DNA of 64,000 nt from the NCBI GenBank assembly GCA_964347045.1, contig CAYFXC010000011.1, forward strand, positions 1 through 64,000, in the 5' to 3' direction. Below the pieces are notes generated by a model that worked only from the letters and a program-made list of their open reading frames with translations, was not told where the DNA came from and ran no database searches. The position numbers were made by a program, and so were the translations under genes. Below, in pieces: positions 26,551 to 35,222 of this stretch (within the stretch, counting starts at the first letter, position 1; every line of letters begins with the position of its first letter). This DNA is from an uncultured archaeon (GTDB lineage Archaea > Asgardarchaeota > Hermodarchaeia > Hermodarchaeales > Hermodarchaeaceae).

Positions 26551-27876
26551 GTGGTGGGACGAAGTTTGACTGATAAGGTACTGAAAACCTTCGGAAAAAC
26601 CCATTATGTGTCTGAGCTTGATGCTTCAATGGAGGGGAAGTCAGTGACCCTAACGGGATGGGTGCACCGAAAGCGTGAACATGGTGGAGTTATCTTCGTG
26701 ATTGTGCGTGATCCAACAGGAGTTATTCAGGTTGCAGGACACCGTGAAAAAGCATCGGACGCCTTTGAGGTGATGCAAAAGGTGACCTTGGAATCCTCGA
26801 TTGTCGTTTCGGGAACAATTGCTGTTGATAAACGCGCGCCTACAGGCATTGAATTGAAAGTTTCAGGGTTTGACGTTGTAAATTTTGCTAATTCCGAATG
26901 GCCATTGGAAAAGGATGCGGGTGAAGGGTTTTTGTTTGATAAACGGCATCTCTACTTACGGAGTCCCAGCCAAACATCAATTATGCAGATAAAAGCAGGA
27001 ATTAGCCGTGCAGCCCATCAGTACTTTGACAGTGAAGGATTTACCGAGATTTTCCCACCAGTTATTGTGGGTGCCAGTGTTGAAGGCGGTGCAACCCTAT
27101 TTCCATTCAAATATTTTGACCAGACCGCTTACTTAAGCCAAAGCGCTCAACTATATGAGGAAGCAGCAATATGTGGACTTGAGAAGGTCTATCTACTTTC
27201 TCCTAGTTTCCGCGCTGAAAAACATCGAACACGACGACATTTAACTGAATATTGGCATCTTGAAGCGGAAATTCTCTTTGGAACTCATGATGATATTATG
27301 GGTGTCGAAGAACGACTTGTTCATGCTATGGTGATGTACGTAAAGGATCACTTTAGGCATCAATTAGATGTTTTGAAAGTGAGAGTACGAGTACCGAAAT
27401 TACCCTTTAAACGGGTTTCTTATGATGATGCCATTGAAATTGCCGAGAAACAAGGTTTCAAGGTGCCTTGGGGTCAAGATTTAGGAACTGAGGCAGAACG
27501 TGCAGTATCTAAGCAATTCAAAGACCCTTTCTTTATTACTGGTTATCCTACATCTGCCCGGTCGTTCTATCATATGCCAGATCCTAAACGACCCGAGATC
27601 ACTCTCAGTAGTGATCTTATTGCGCCAGGGGGGTATGGGGAATTGACAAGTGGAGGGCAACGAATTCATGATTTGGATCTCTTGCTTCAACGAATTAAAA
27701 ATGAAAAACTTGATCCTTCAGCTTATGATTGGTATTTAGAATTACGAAAATTCGGGCTTCCCCCTCATTCAGGGTTTGGAATGGGCTTGGAGCGATTCTT
27801 GGTATGGTTACTAAAACTAAAACACATACGTGAAGCATGTCTATTCCCGCGCACGCCAAGCCGTCTTCATCCATGA
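26551..27876 (+). CDS. asnS: asparagine--tRNA ligase
   Basis: OB anticodon domain (GWVHRKR), YLSQSAQLYEE, SFRAEK.RTRRHLTEYWHLEAE, PHSGFGMGLER, FPRTPSRL.P; AsnRS-type rather than AspRS QSPQLYKQ. Confidence 0.85.
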   Translation: MVGRSLTDKVLKTFGKTHYVSELDASMEGKSVTLTGWVHRKREHGGVIFVIVRDPTGVIQVAGHREKASDAFEVMQKVTLESSIVVSGTIAVDKRAPTGIELKVSGFDVVNFANSEWPLEKDAGEGFLFDKRHLYLRSPSQTSIMQIKAGISRAAHQYFDSEGFTEIFPPVIVGASVEGGATLFPFKYFDQTAYLSQSAQLYEEAAICGLEKVYLLSPSFRAEKHRTRRHLTEYWHLEAEILFGTHDDIMGVEERLVHAMVMYVKDHFRHQLDVLKVRVRVPKLPFKRVSYDDAIEIAEKQGFKVPWGQDLGTEAERAVSKQFKDPFFITGYPTSARSFYHMPDPKRPEITLSSDLIAPGGYGELTSGGQRIHDLDLLLQRIKNEKLDPSAYDWYLELRKFGLPPHSGFGMGLERFLVWLLKLKHIREACLFPRTPSRLHP

Positions 27877-27969
27877 AATGCCGTTAGGAAAATCTTTATT
27901 CGAAGAAATTTAACTTCGAGGCAAGCTTAAAGACAAGTATCCGTTCTAGTAACCAGCTCGGATATCTAG

Positions 27970-28653
27970 GTGCAGTACATGATAGTGCACGCAGTGTGGG
28001 TCATTGATACTAGCGGTATTCCCCTTTATCATAAGGCATATTCTCCCCTCGAATTTGATCCAACACTGTTTAGCAGCTTTTTTTCTTCACTGGTTCACTT
28101 CCAAACTGAAATGATGGGTCGGCAACTTCAAGATATCACCTTCGAAGACCTTTCTTTCAGCTATATTGTCGATACTGGGCTAGTATTTTTGGCATGTGTG
28201 AAAAAAGACGCTTCAACCGGGAAACTACTAGATTCATTACGCGACATTTTCTTTCAATACTTCAAAGATGATTTAATTCTCCTCAGTTCATTACTCCGAA
28301 CTAGCCCCCGTGCCCGGCAGTTACTCCGCGACTTTGAACTTGAAGTTGACAAAATTGTTGGATTTGTGCCACAAAAAGAGCCGCTTCCTGTTCGAATAAC
28401 CGCGATTCCACGGCTACTCCACAAGGATTCACCTATTCGACAAGATCTCCTACGCCGTTTTGGTATGAATTCAATTCTTGCTATCATACTGTCCGACGGA
28501 AAACACCACATTGCAGATATTGCTAAGGGTCTCGGCATTCCATCACAAGAAGTTGAAGAAATCGTTCGTCATGCCCAGCGACGTGGATACTTGAAAGTAG
28601 TTTCTGCTTATGACTCAGACGAACCTAGTCTTGAATCCTATTTTCCTGACTAA
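27970..28653 (+). CDS. longin + winged-helix protein, NPRL2-like architecture
   Basis: Longin: VWVIDTSGIPLYHKAY..DPTLFSSFFSSLVHFQTE; C-terminal IP...SDGKHHIADIAKGLGIPSQEVEEIVRHAQRRGYL. Confidence 0.75.
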   Translation: MQYMIVHAVWVIDTSGIPLYHKAYSPLEFDPTLFSSFFSSLVHFQTEMMGRQLQDITFEDLSFSYIVDTGLVFLACVKKDASTGKLLDSLRDIFFQYFKDDLILLSSLLRTSPRARQLLRDFELEVDKIVGFVPQKEPLPVRITAIPRLLHKDSPIRQDLLRRFGMNSILAIILSDGKHHIADIAKGLGIPSQEVEEIVRHAQRRGYLKVVSAYDSDEPSLESYFPD

Positions 28654-29474
28654 GCGGGTGAATCCTCATAACTTCGCCGCGGATCTTCTGCCTTGAATTT
28701 TGCCAAGCAAGTTTTTTCATAGCATTGAGAACATGTTAAATCGCTTTGTTCCCAGCGAGCACGGAACAAATCAAGGTAGACCGCTTTCAGCCATTGAGCT
28801 GTCGAATATTCGGCTATATCCTCTAATCCAGCTAATCCTTTTTCGGTCAATGGCGCAGTTCCTCGCCAAATCCCGCTATCATCGATTAAGACTCCATTGA
28901 AATGAAGGTGTGAACAAAGTTTAAACCCCACTCCAGCACTCGCTACATTCTGCAAGGCGTCTGCTTGCTTCCACCGATCTACTCCTTCAATTAATGCTGG
29001 AGGCGTTGTAAGAATCCGGATTTTTACTCCTGCTTCGTGCAATTCTTTTAAAATTGTAAGCAGGTTTACTGCAGGTTTCTGGGCTTCAGGATCTATGAGG
29101 TCGATATCATGGAGCTGATGAGTAGCAATGAGAACTCGGTATTGTGCCGACTGCAGCATTCTTAGAAGTTGAGAGGCGAGATGAGGGCCTCGCAGTATCT
29201 GAACTTCCGCTACTCCTTCCTGATCAGCTATTTCTTCTACTTCATCTGGTAGATATTGACGCTTTAGCTGGGTTGCATTATTAGCGTATTCGAGACTCCG
29301 TTGCATGAGTACTCCACGTAAAGAGGAAGTATTTGCCTTGTCCGCAAGATCACGAAGCTCTTGGGATAATTGCATAAGGAGTTCCACAGCTTCATCTATT
29401 TTTCCCGCTTCCTCTAGTTGTTTTGCTTTACTTGTACGAATTCCAATTTCACGGAGTTCCTTATCTAAAGACAC
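28650..29474 (-). CDS. MIT domain + degenerate PLD-like domain protein (MITD1-like architecture)
   Basis: Three-helix MIT pattern AKQLEEAGKIDEAVELL...LMQRSLEYANNATQLK; PLD fold SAQYRVLIAT..GVKIRILT..HFNGVLID..GTAPLT (HxK altered to HxN); C-terminal CSQC..C. Confidence 0.75.
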   Translation of the reverse strand: MSLDKELREIGIRTSKAKQLEEAGKIDEAVELLMQLSQELRDLADKANTSSLRGVLMQRSLEYANNATQLKRQYLPDEVEEIADQEGVAEVQILRGPHLASQLLRMLQSAQYRVLIATHQLHDIDLIDPEAQKPAVNLLTILKELHEAGVKIRILTTPPALIEGVDRWKQADALQNVASAGVGFKLCSHLHFNGVLIDDSGIWRGTAPLTEKGLAGLEDIAEYSTAQWLKAVYLDLFRARWEQSDLTCSQCYEKTCLAKFKAEDPRRSYEDSPA

Positions 29475-29637
29475 AGATTCTGCCTCCCAAAATCAAGCCT
29501 AGGATTCGCTAGGAATTAGGGCATTTAATGCTTTTCTTGTATTCTTATTACTCTCCGCCGATTCACTTTAAGCCTGCTCAGTAGAAAGACGCTTGAAATA
29601 ATCGCGCATTGGAACTCTTGATAGGAGGTTCTAGCCA

Positions 29638-31275
29638 ATTCCACAAGTTATCCGAAAGAGCTCACCTTATTTTGAAGTCTTCGAAGCAGACGAAGAAACA
29701 ATTGCAAGGCTTAATCAGATTGCTGAAAGGCTAACTCCTAATGAAGATAAAGAAACCATTCGTTTCAAGCTATTATTTGACAAAGCAGCGAAGCTTCCAC
29801 TAAGCCAATTAAACAATCTTTTCGCAAAAATCGATTATGAGGTTTCTCCGAGTTTGCAGAAAGCGATTCTTAAAAAACAAGGTGTAACCAGATTTGCGGA
29901 GCTGCGTATCCGGAAAAGCGATTTGATTCTAAAACCCGCCGGGTTCTTAGAGTTAGAAGAAATCAAGCCAATTTTAACTTACAATGCTAAGGAAAAACTC
30001 TTTCACGCACGGATAATGGATTACTACACAATCTTAAGTTTCTTACAAACTAAGGGCTATCCAGTTATCACTCATTTTTCTCTTCATTTTGCATTACCTG
30101 AAAATCTTCGTGCCCAGCTCCAGCTAGATATGGTGCTTCGCGAATATCAAGAAGATGCACTTCATCGATGGGAAGGGGCAAAAGGTCAAGGTGTTGTGGT
30201 CCTACCAACAGGTGGAGGAAAAACCATTGTTGGGCTCGAAGCTATTCGCCGACTTGCAGAAACGACTCTAATTATCGTTCCTACTCTTGATCTTTTAAGT
30301 CAATGGCGTGAAGCCCTCGAAGTATTGCTTCATGTCCCCGATGTAGGTGTTTTAGGTGGAGGTAAGAAAGATATCAAGTTCATTACTGTGGCAACCTATG
30401 ACTCGGCTTCTCTTTTAGCTTCTCAACTTGTTACTAATTTTGGGCTATTGATCTTTGACGAGGTCCATCATCTTCCAAGCCCCACTTATCGATTAGCTGC
30501 TGAACTCTCCTTAGCGCCTCATAGGCTGGGATTAACAGCTACACCTGAACGTTATGATGAACTTCATCACGACCTTGACCGGCTTGTCGGACCAACGGTT
30601 TATCGTATCGCACCACGGCTCCTTGAAAAAGAAGGTTTCTTGGCGCCTTATGAAATTCGACGAATACAAATTTCTCTCAAACCCGAAGAAGAAGCTCGAT
30701 ATGACTCTCATATGCGCATATTTCGCAACTATACCCGACGACTCGATGATATTGATCCTGGTTGGCAATTTGAAACCATTGTGAAAAGGACCGTATTTGA
30801 CCCCGATGCACGTGAAGCATTATCCAATTTAGAAAAAGCACGGCGAATTGCTCTTGAAGCTTCAGGGAAAATCGATCAGGTGGAATCCTTGCTCCAACAA
30901 TATCATGAAGCCAAGATTATAGTTTTTTCTCGCTACATTCGAGTTGTAGAACGACTTTCTGACCTTTTCGGTCTTCCCCTTATCACGCACAAAACTAAGG
31001 TTTCTGAACGGGAAAAAATTCTCAAGCTTTTTAAAACTGGAGAGTTAACGAAGATTGTAACCGGACAGGTTCTAGATGAGGGAGTTGACGTCCCCGATGC
31101 CTCTATTGGCATAATTATTTCTGGAACAGGCAGTAAACGTGAATTCATTCAGCGCTTGGGGCGTCTGCTTCGACCTCAAAAAGAACAAGCCATTCTGTAT
31201 GAACTTGTCACTGAATCTACAATAGAGGATGGTCTCTCTCGGCGAAGGCAAGTTGATAATGACGTTCCAGATTAG
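29638..31275 (+). CDS. xpb: XPB/Rad25 SF2 DNA helicase (proposed ATT start)
   Basis: LREYQ, PTGGGKT, DEVHH, LGLTATPER, LDEGVDVP, QRLGRLLR; frame open 72 codons upstream of track start to TAG 29632; GGAGGT SD 8 nt before ATT 29638. Confidence 0.92.
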   Translation: MPQVIRKSSPYFEVFEADEETIARLNQIAERLTPNEDKETIRFKLLFDKAAKLPLSQLNNLFAKIDYEVSPSLQKAILKKQGVTRFAELRIRKSDLILKPAGFLELEEIKPILTYNAKEKLFHARIMDYYTILSFLQTKGYPVITHFSLHFALPENLRAQLQLDMVLREYQEDALHRWEGAKGQGVVVLPTGGGKTIVGLEAIRRLAETTLIIVPTLDLLSQWREALEVLLHVPDVGVLGGGKKDIKFITVATYDSASLLASQLVTNFGLLIFDEVHHLPSPTYRLAAELSLAPHRLGLTATPERYDELHHDLDRLVGPTVYRIAPRLLEKEGFLAPYEIRRIQISLKPEEEARYDSHMRIFRNYTRRLDDIDPGWQFETIVKRTVFDPDAREALSNLEKARRIALEASGKIDQVESLLQQYHEAKIIVFSRYIRVVERLSDLFGLPLITHKTKVSEREKILKLFKTGELTKIVTGQVLDEGVDVPDASIGIIISGTGSKREFIQRLGRLLRPQKEQAILYELVTESTIEDGLSRRRQVDNDVPD

Positions 31276-31293
31276 TCCTATAAATTAAATCAA

Positions 31294-31647
31294 CTAGTAC
31301 CCTTTACTTTGTTTACCCATGATGAAAACGAGTCCCACCAAGATAAGAATACCTGCACCTAAGGAAAGAAGTGACGCAGTGAGCAATGTTCCACCACTGG
31401 TTAAATAAAACCAACCTACAAATCCTACAGCCACTGCAATACATATCCCACCAATTGCTAACTCCCAGTAATGGGATTCGTCACCAACCGTGCCTGCTAG
31501 GAACAATCCTGCAAGAAAGAAAAGACCGGGAATTACTGCTAGCTGCCAAGTTACCGGTGCTAAAAAGAATATAACAAATACCTCTAACCATGCTGCTGCA
31601 CCAATCATAATACCACCGAAAAGGGAAGGACCTGCCATCAACATCAC
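31294..31647 (-). CDS. small 4-TM membrane protein
   Basis: 117 aa, four Gly-rich hydrophobic helices. Confidence 0.7.
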   Translation of the reverse strand: MMLMAGPSLFGGIMIGAAAWLEVFVIFFLAPVTWQLAVIPGLFFLAGLFLAGTVGDESHYWELAIGGICIAVAVGFVGWFYLTSGGTLLTASLLSLGAGILILVGLVFIMGKQSKGY

Positions 31648-31740
31648 CGTTTATATTCCGTGAACTAGACACACAAAACTGACTATTTATCTTTTCAGGT
31701 ACCAAATATATGATATGTAAGAATTCAAGGAGTTCTGACA

Positions 31741-33684
31741 GTGTCGAAATCTACTTCTCCCCGTGGAACGTCGCCTGAATCCATGAAAAAGCGGAAACGT
31801 AAAACTACTCCAGAAAAAGAACATCTGTCTAGAAAATGGTCACGAGTGGCGGTTGATGCTAATTTCTTCATCCTTGCTTTTGCACAGAATCCTCAGGCCT
31901 TAAACCGGTTTAAGGAGATAACTGATCGGGTTTCGTTTAAGCTCTATACATCTAATCATATTCTGAAGGAGTTACGCGGTAAACTCCGTCGACATGTTCA
32001 GAATGTTGTTGAAGTAATTGAGATAACTCAAGAAGAATTAGATACCTACATCAGCAAAGCCAAAGAGGTTGTTGAACGGGTTCCTCAGGTGCCAGATTTG
32101 TCTCTTCTCCTAGTATTGAAAAAGCTGAAGGAAAATCGGCTTATTAGTTCCGATTTCCAGCTTCTGCAATCACTTCGAAATCTTGAACCTGAAATCGAGG
32201 GTTTGATGGGTAGTGCCTTTCTTTTACACATTCTTGAACGCAGCCATGACAACGTTGAGGATACAACGTTTTTAGAAGAAATTCGTGAACGTGTTCTGCA
32301 TACAGAAATTAAATATAGTATTACACGGCGGAGCGTTTACGATCCCACGACACGCATCAAACTTATCGAAAATCAAGCTTTTCAGGTTGTCCGTTCTCTT
32401 AGGGGACCTCGCATCGCTGAAGAAGACCTTGTTGGGATGACTGACCAAGAGGCCTTGGGGCTTCTTAATTTTTTGCAAGAACTACGACGCAATTATGTTA
32501 ACTATGTCAATAAAATTCAAGAACAGAATTATCGAGATGCCTTAGGTGAAATCGGTGAGGCTCGTGAAGAACTCTATAACCATTTAGTTATTCTTTCATG
32601 GGAACTTTCTGCCACCGCTCATCGTAGATTGATCCGGCAAATAGCACCAGATTTAGTCCTTCTCAACTATCTTACAGCCCTATGTTATCTTTATCTTGGT
32701 GAAAGGGATGATCTCGAGAATTCTAAACAGGCTATTGAAGAGAGCAATCGAATCCTCCTTAGTGTTCGCCCTGAAGCATCTAATTATCGGCGCCTGATGG
32801 TAATGACCCATATTCTCCGTATAACCATTAATCTGCTGTTAGAGGATTTTGAATCCGCAACGATGTATTTCACAATTTTTGCCAGAAAAACGCAAGAATG
32901 GGGGTTTTTACATGAACAAGCTACTGCCCAAGCACTCTATCTAGCCCTTCTAGTTATTCGCGGAGAAATTATTTCAACAGAATTCCCATCAATTACTGAT
33001 CCAGAAGAAGTCATCCGGTTTCTCATAGATCTCTCATCGATATATTTTGCCCTTCGCCGGTTCGAAGAAGCCTGGAAATTATTATACCAGGTTATTCTCA
33101 TTACTCAATACTTTGGATTGTTTGAGGTCCTTAATCCGGTCCTTCAGCGAATGATACTCGTTTATTATGCAGAAGGGCAGCAAAGAAAAGATGAATTTGA
33201 GGAAATTTCTGATCACTTACTTCAATGGCTTCATGAACAAAACTTCGACACAACCTCTCTGGAAGCCCTGAGAGCGGAATTGACTGAAACAGCCAAACCT
33301 CCTTCTGAACATTTCACTGAAAAAAGCCTGACTTCAGACAAACTCCACGCGGATTTACAAGATTGGTTGACAGTCATTGATCGCGTGGATACTGTACTCC
33401 TACAAGGGAGCATCCTAATTTGTCGGAGCCGAAAACTGGCTTGGAATATTGCCCTATTAATCCAAGGCGTGCTTCAAGAAGAAAAAGCCAAAGGTGGCGA
33501 ACAAGTCAAATTAGGTGAAGGAAAATTCCGAGTTACTGATCCGCCACCTAGCCTAAAGGACCGATATCGAATCTTTGCCCTAATACACTCAGATCCCACT
33601 GGAAGTAGCCGTATCTACGTTCGTGGAGGTCAGGGTCTACGTCTTCTTGAGCTTGGTACCCTCCTTGATGAGGGTCTTTCATAA
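31741..33684 (+). CDS. PIN-domain nuclease fused to helical (TPR-like) repeats
   Basis: PIN acidic residues VDANF, ILKEL, PDLSL, ISSDFQL; long helical region; beta-rich C-terminus. Confidence 0.7.
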   Translation: MSKSTSPRGTSPESMKKRKRKTTPEKEHLSRKWSRVAVDANFFILAFAQNPQALNRFKEITDRVSFKLYTSNHILKELRGKLRRHVQNVVEVIEITQEELDTYISKAKEVVERVPQVPDLSLLLVLKKLKENRLISSDFQLLQSLRNLEPEIEGLMGSAFLLHILERSHDNVEDTTFLEEIRERVLHTEIKYSITRRSVYDPTTRIKLIENQAFQVVRSLRGPRIAEEDLVGMTDQEALGLLNFLQELRRNYVNYVNKIQEQNYRDALGEIGEAREELYNHLVILSWELSATAHRRLIRQIAPDLVLLNYLTALCYLYLGERDDLENSKQAIEESNRILLSVRPEASNYRRLMVMTHILRITINLLLEDFESATMYFTIFARKTQEWGFLHEQATAQALYLALLVIRGEIISTEFPSITDPEEVIRFLIDLSSIYFALRRFEEAWKLLYQVILITQYFGLFEVLNPVLQRMILVYYAEGQQRKDEFEEISDHLLQWLHEQNFDTTSLEALRAELTETAKPPSEHFTEKSLTSDKLHADLQDWLTVIDRVDTVLLQGSILICRSRKLAWNIALLIQGVLQEEKAKGGEQVKLGEGKFRVTDPPPSLKDRYRIFALIHSDPTGSSRIYVRGGQGLRLLELGTLLDEGLS

Positions 33685-33706
33685 TAATTTGAAGGAGACA
33701 TTACCT

Positions 33707-34987
33707 TTGGTGTTGCGACTGCAATATCTCAAATACCAAATTAGAGGTTCGAAGATATTTCCATATTTTCTTAATTTCCCCAAGGATCAAGCGCTTCCTC
33801 AACGGTTAATTGATTACCTTGAAACAAATCTTGGTAAGAACAGAGGGCAAATCGACCTAGATGCTCCGTTAACTTGGGCACCCGATAATCGTGTAGTTCG
33901 TGCCCTTCTTGCCACACTTTTCAGTAGATTTTATTCTTTCTCTCCTCAACTCCATACTGACATATTAGACGCTTCTCAAGTCATAGCGCTTCGAAGACAG
34001 GGAATCAATTCACTCGAAGAGTTTCGTCTATGGTTTTGGCAATTTATTCAAAATCGCTATGGAGGATTTTATCCACGAAAAAAACGAACTGAAGTTTTTA
34101 CTAATGTTGCTCAAACTCTAGAATTATCGGCTGAAGTTGTTAATCAATTGCTCACTGCCCATCGTGAGGATCAGATGCGACTTCAACGCAAAAACTCTGT
34201 TCCATCAACTGAAATCACGATAGGTGGCTACAACTACGAAGTCTTAGAAACGCTGCTATATAACAGCGATTTGGTGACTCTGTTAATTGCTGGTAAAAGT
34301 CTTGGTGCCACTGCACGCGCACTCCTAAAATATACCAAACGATATGGTGTCTTGGTTGACATCGAGTCTGTTAACTCAGGTCTATGTGCAACGATTGCTG
34401 GTCCACGCGTCTTTTTCGGTCGCGCTTCCGCTTTTGGGTGGAATATTGCCCAGGTAATAGCCGGGATTTTACACAATGCTCCAAATCTTGGCATTCAATT
34501 AAATACTATCTCGATTGATGTTATTTTGCGAGATCGCCAATACATCGTTGAATTGGGACCTGAAACCCTTCCTCTAATAATTCCGCCATTGTCTACACGC
34601 GCTTCTGAGGCCTTCCTTGACTCAAAAATTGAAGAACAATTCTATTGGAGTTGGCTTAGCAACAAGTTTCGTGGTTGGGATATTATTCGCGAACCCGAAG
34701 CCTTCATCTTTGGATCCAATCTCATTATTCCCGATTTTGCTTTAGTAAAGGACGAACATCAAGTGTTGGTAGAAATTATCGGGTATTGGCGTGAAGAATA
34801 TACACAAAAGAAACGAACGCAATTGGAGCTTCTAAAACAGCATGGACTAAAACAAATGATACTTCTTGTTGACACCAAACACCAAAAAGCATTTTCGAAA
34901 TCTCCTTTCCCTGTTGTTTATTACCACTCTCGAGCAAAACGATATGAAATTCCGTATGGAAAAATCCTGAAAGAACTTCCCTCATAG
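33707..34987 (+). CDS. bax1: DUF790/Bax1 endonuclease, XPB partner
   Basis: YNYEVLETLL, I.GP..FF....GW, FLDSKIEEQF, REPE, IIPDF, VEIIGYW..EY..KK; SD GGAG before TTG 33707. Confidence 0.88.
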   Translation: MVLRLQYLKYQIRGSKIFPYFLNFPKDQALPQRLIDYLETNLGKNRGQIDLDAPLTWAPDNRVVRALLATLFSRFYSFSPQLHTDILDASQVIALRRQGINSLEEFRLWFWQFIQNRYGGFYPRKKRTEVFTNVAQTLELSAEVVNQLLTAHREDQMRLQRKNSVPSTEITIGGYNYEVLETLLYNSDLVTLLIAGKSLGATARALLKYTKRYGVLVDIESVNSGLCATIAGPRVFFGRASAFGWNIAQVIAGILHNAPNLGIQLNTISIDVILRDRQYIVELGPETLPLIIPPLSTRASEAFLDSKIEEQFYWSWLSNKFRGWDIIREPEAFIFGSNLIIPDFALVKDEHQVLVEIIGYWREEYTQKKRTQLELLKQHGLKQMILLVDTKHQKAFSKSPFPVVYYHSRAKRYEIPYGKILKELPS

Positions 34988-35044
34988 TGTACCTGGTCTC
35001 TTTTTCTCAAATAGAAGTCGTTTTTTTCCACTCTTAAACGGATA

Positions 35045-35053
35045 TTTTAAATA
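35045..35053 (+). promoter_or_regulatory. putative TATA box of the pheST leader
   Basis: TTTTAAATA, ~33 nt upstream of the leader ATG at 35086. Confidence 0.5.
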
Positions 35054-35085
35054 GTGAATCAGGCACTGGTTGCTTCAGTGAGTAC

Positions 35086-35154
35086 ATGGATGGGCTGATG
35101 CCTTGGAATTTATTCAATCATAATCAAGCGTTGTTCTTTTTATTCCCCAAGTAA
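35086..35154 (+). CDS. putative Phe-rich leader peptide MDGLMPWNLFNHNQALFFLFPK upstream of pheST
   Basis: ATG 35086 to TAA 35152-35154; 4 Phe codons, three in LFFLF; ends 54 nt before pheS. Confidence 0.45.
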   Translation: MDGLMPWNLFNHNQALFFLFPK

Positions 35155-35180
35155 TATTCATTCTTCAGCCTCTGGCATTC

Positions 35181-35222
35181 ACAGGATGCAATACAGGATG
35201 GAATACAAATGAAGTACAGAAT
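35181..35222 (+). repeat. degenerate 11-12-nt tandem repeat across the pheS start
   Basis: ACAGGATGCAAT ACAGGATGGAAT ACAAATGAAGT ACAGAAT. Confidence 0.7.

Noticed and set aside
26551-27876. Non-discriminating AspRS call (SGGQR motif is AspRS-like)
   Set aside because: QSAQLYEE, RHLTEYWHLE and the C-terminus fit archaeal AsnRS better; a tree would settle it
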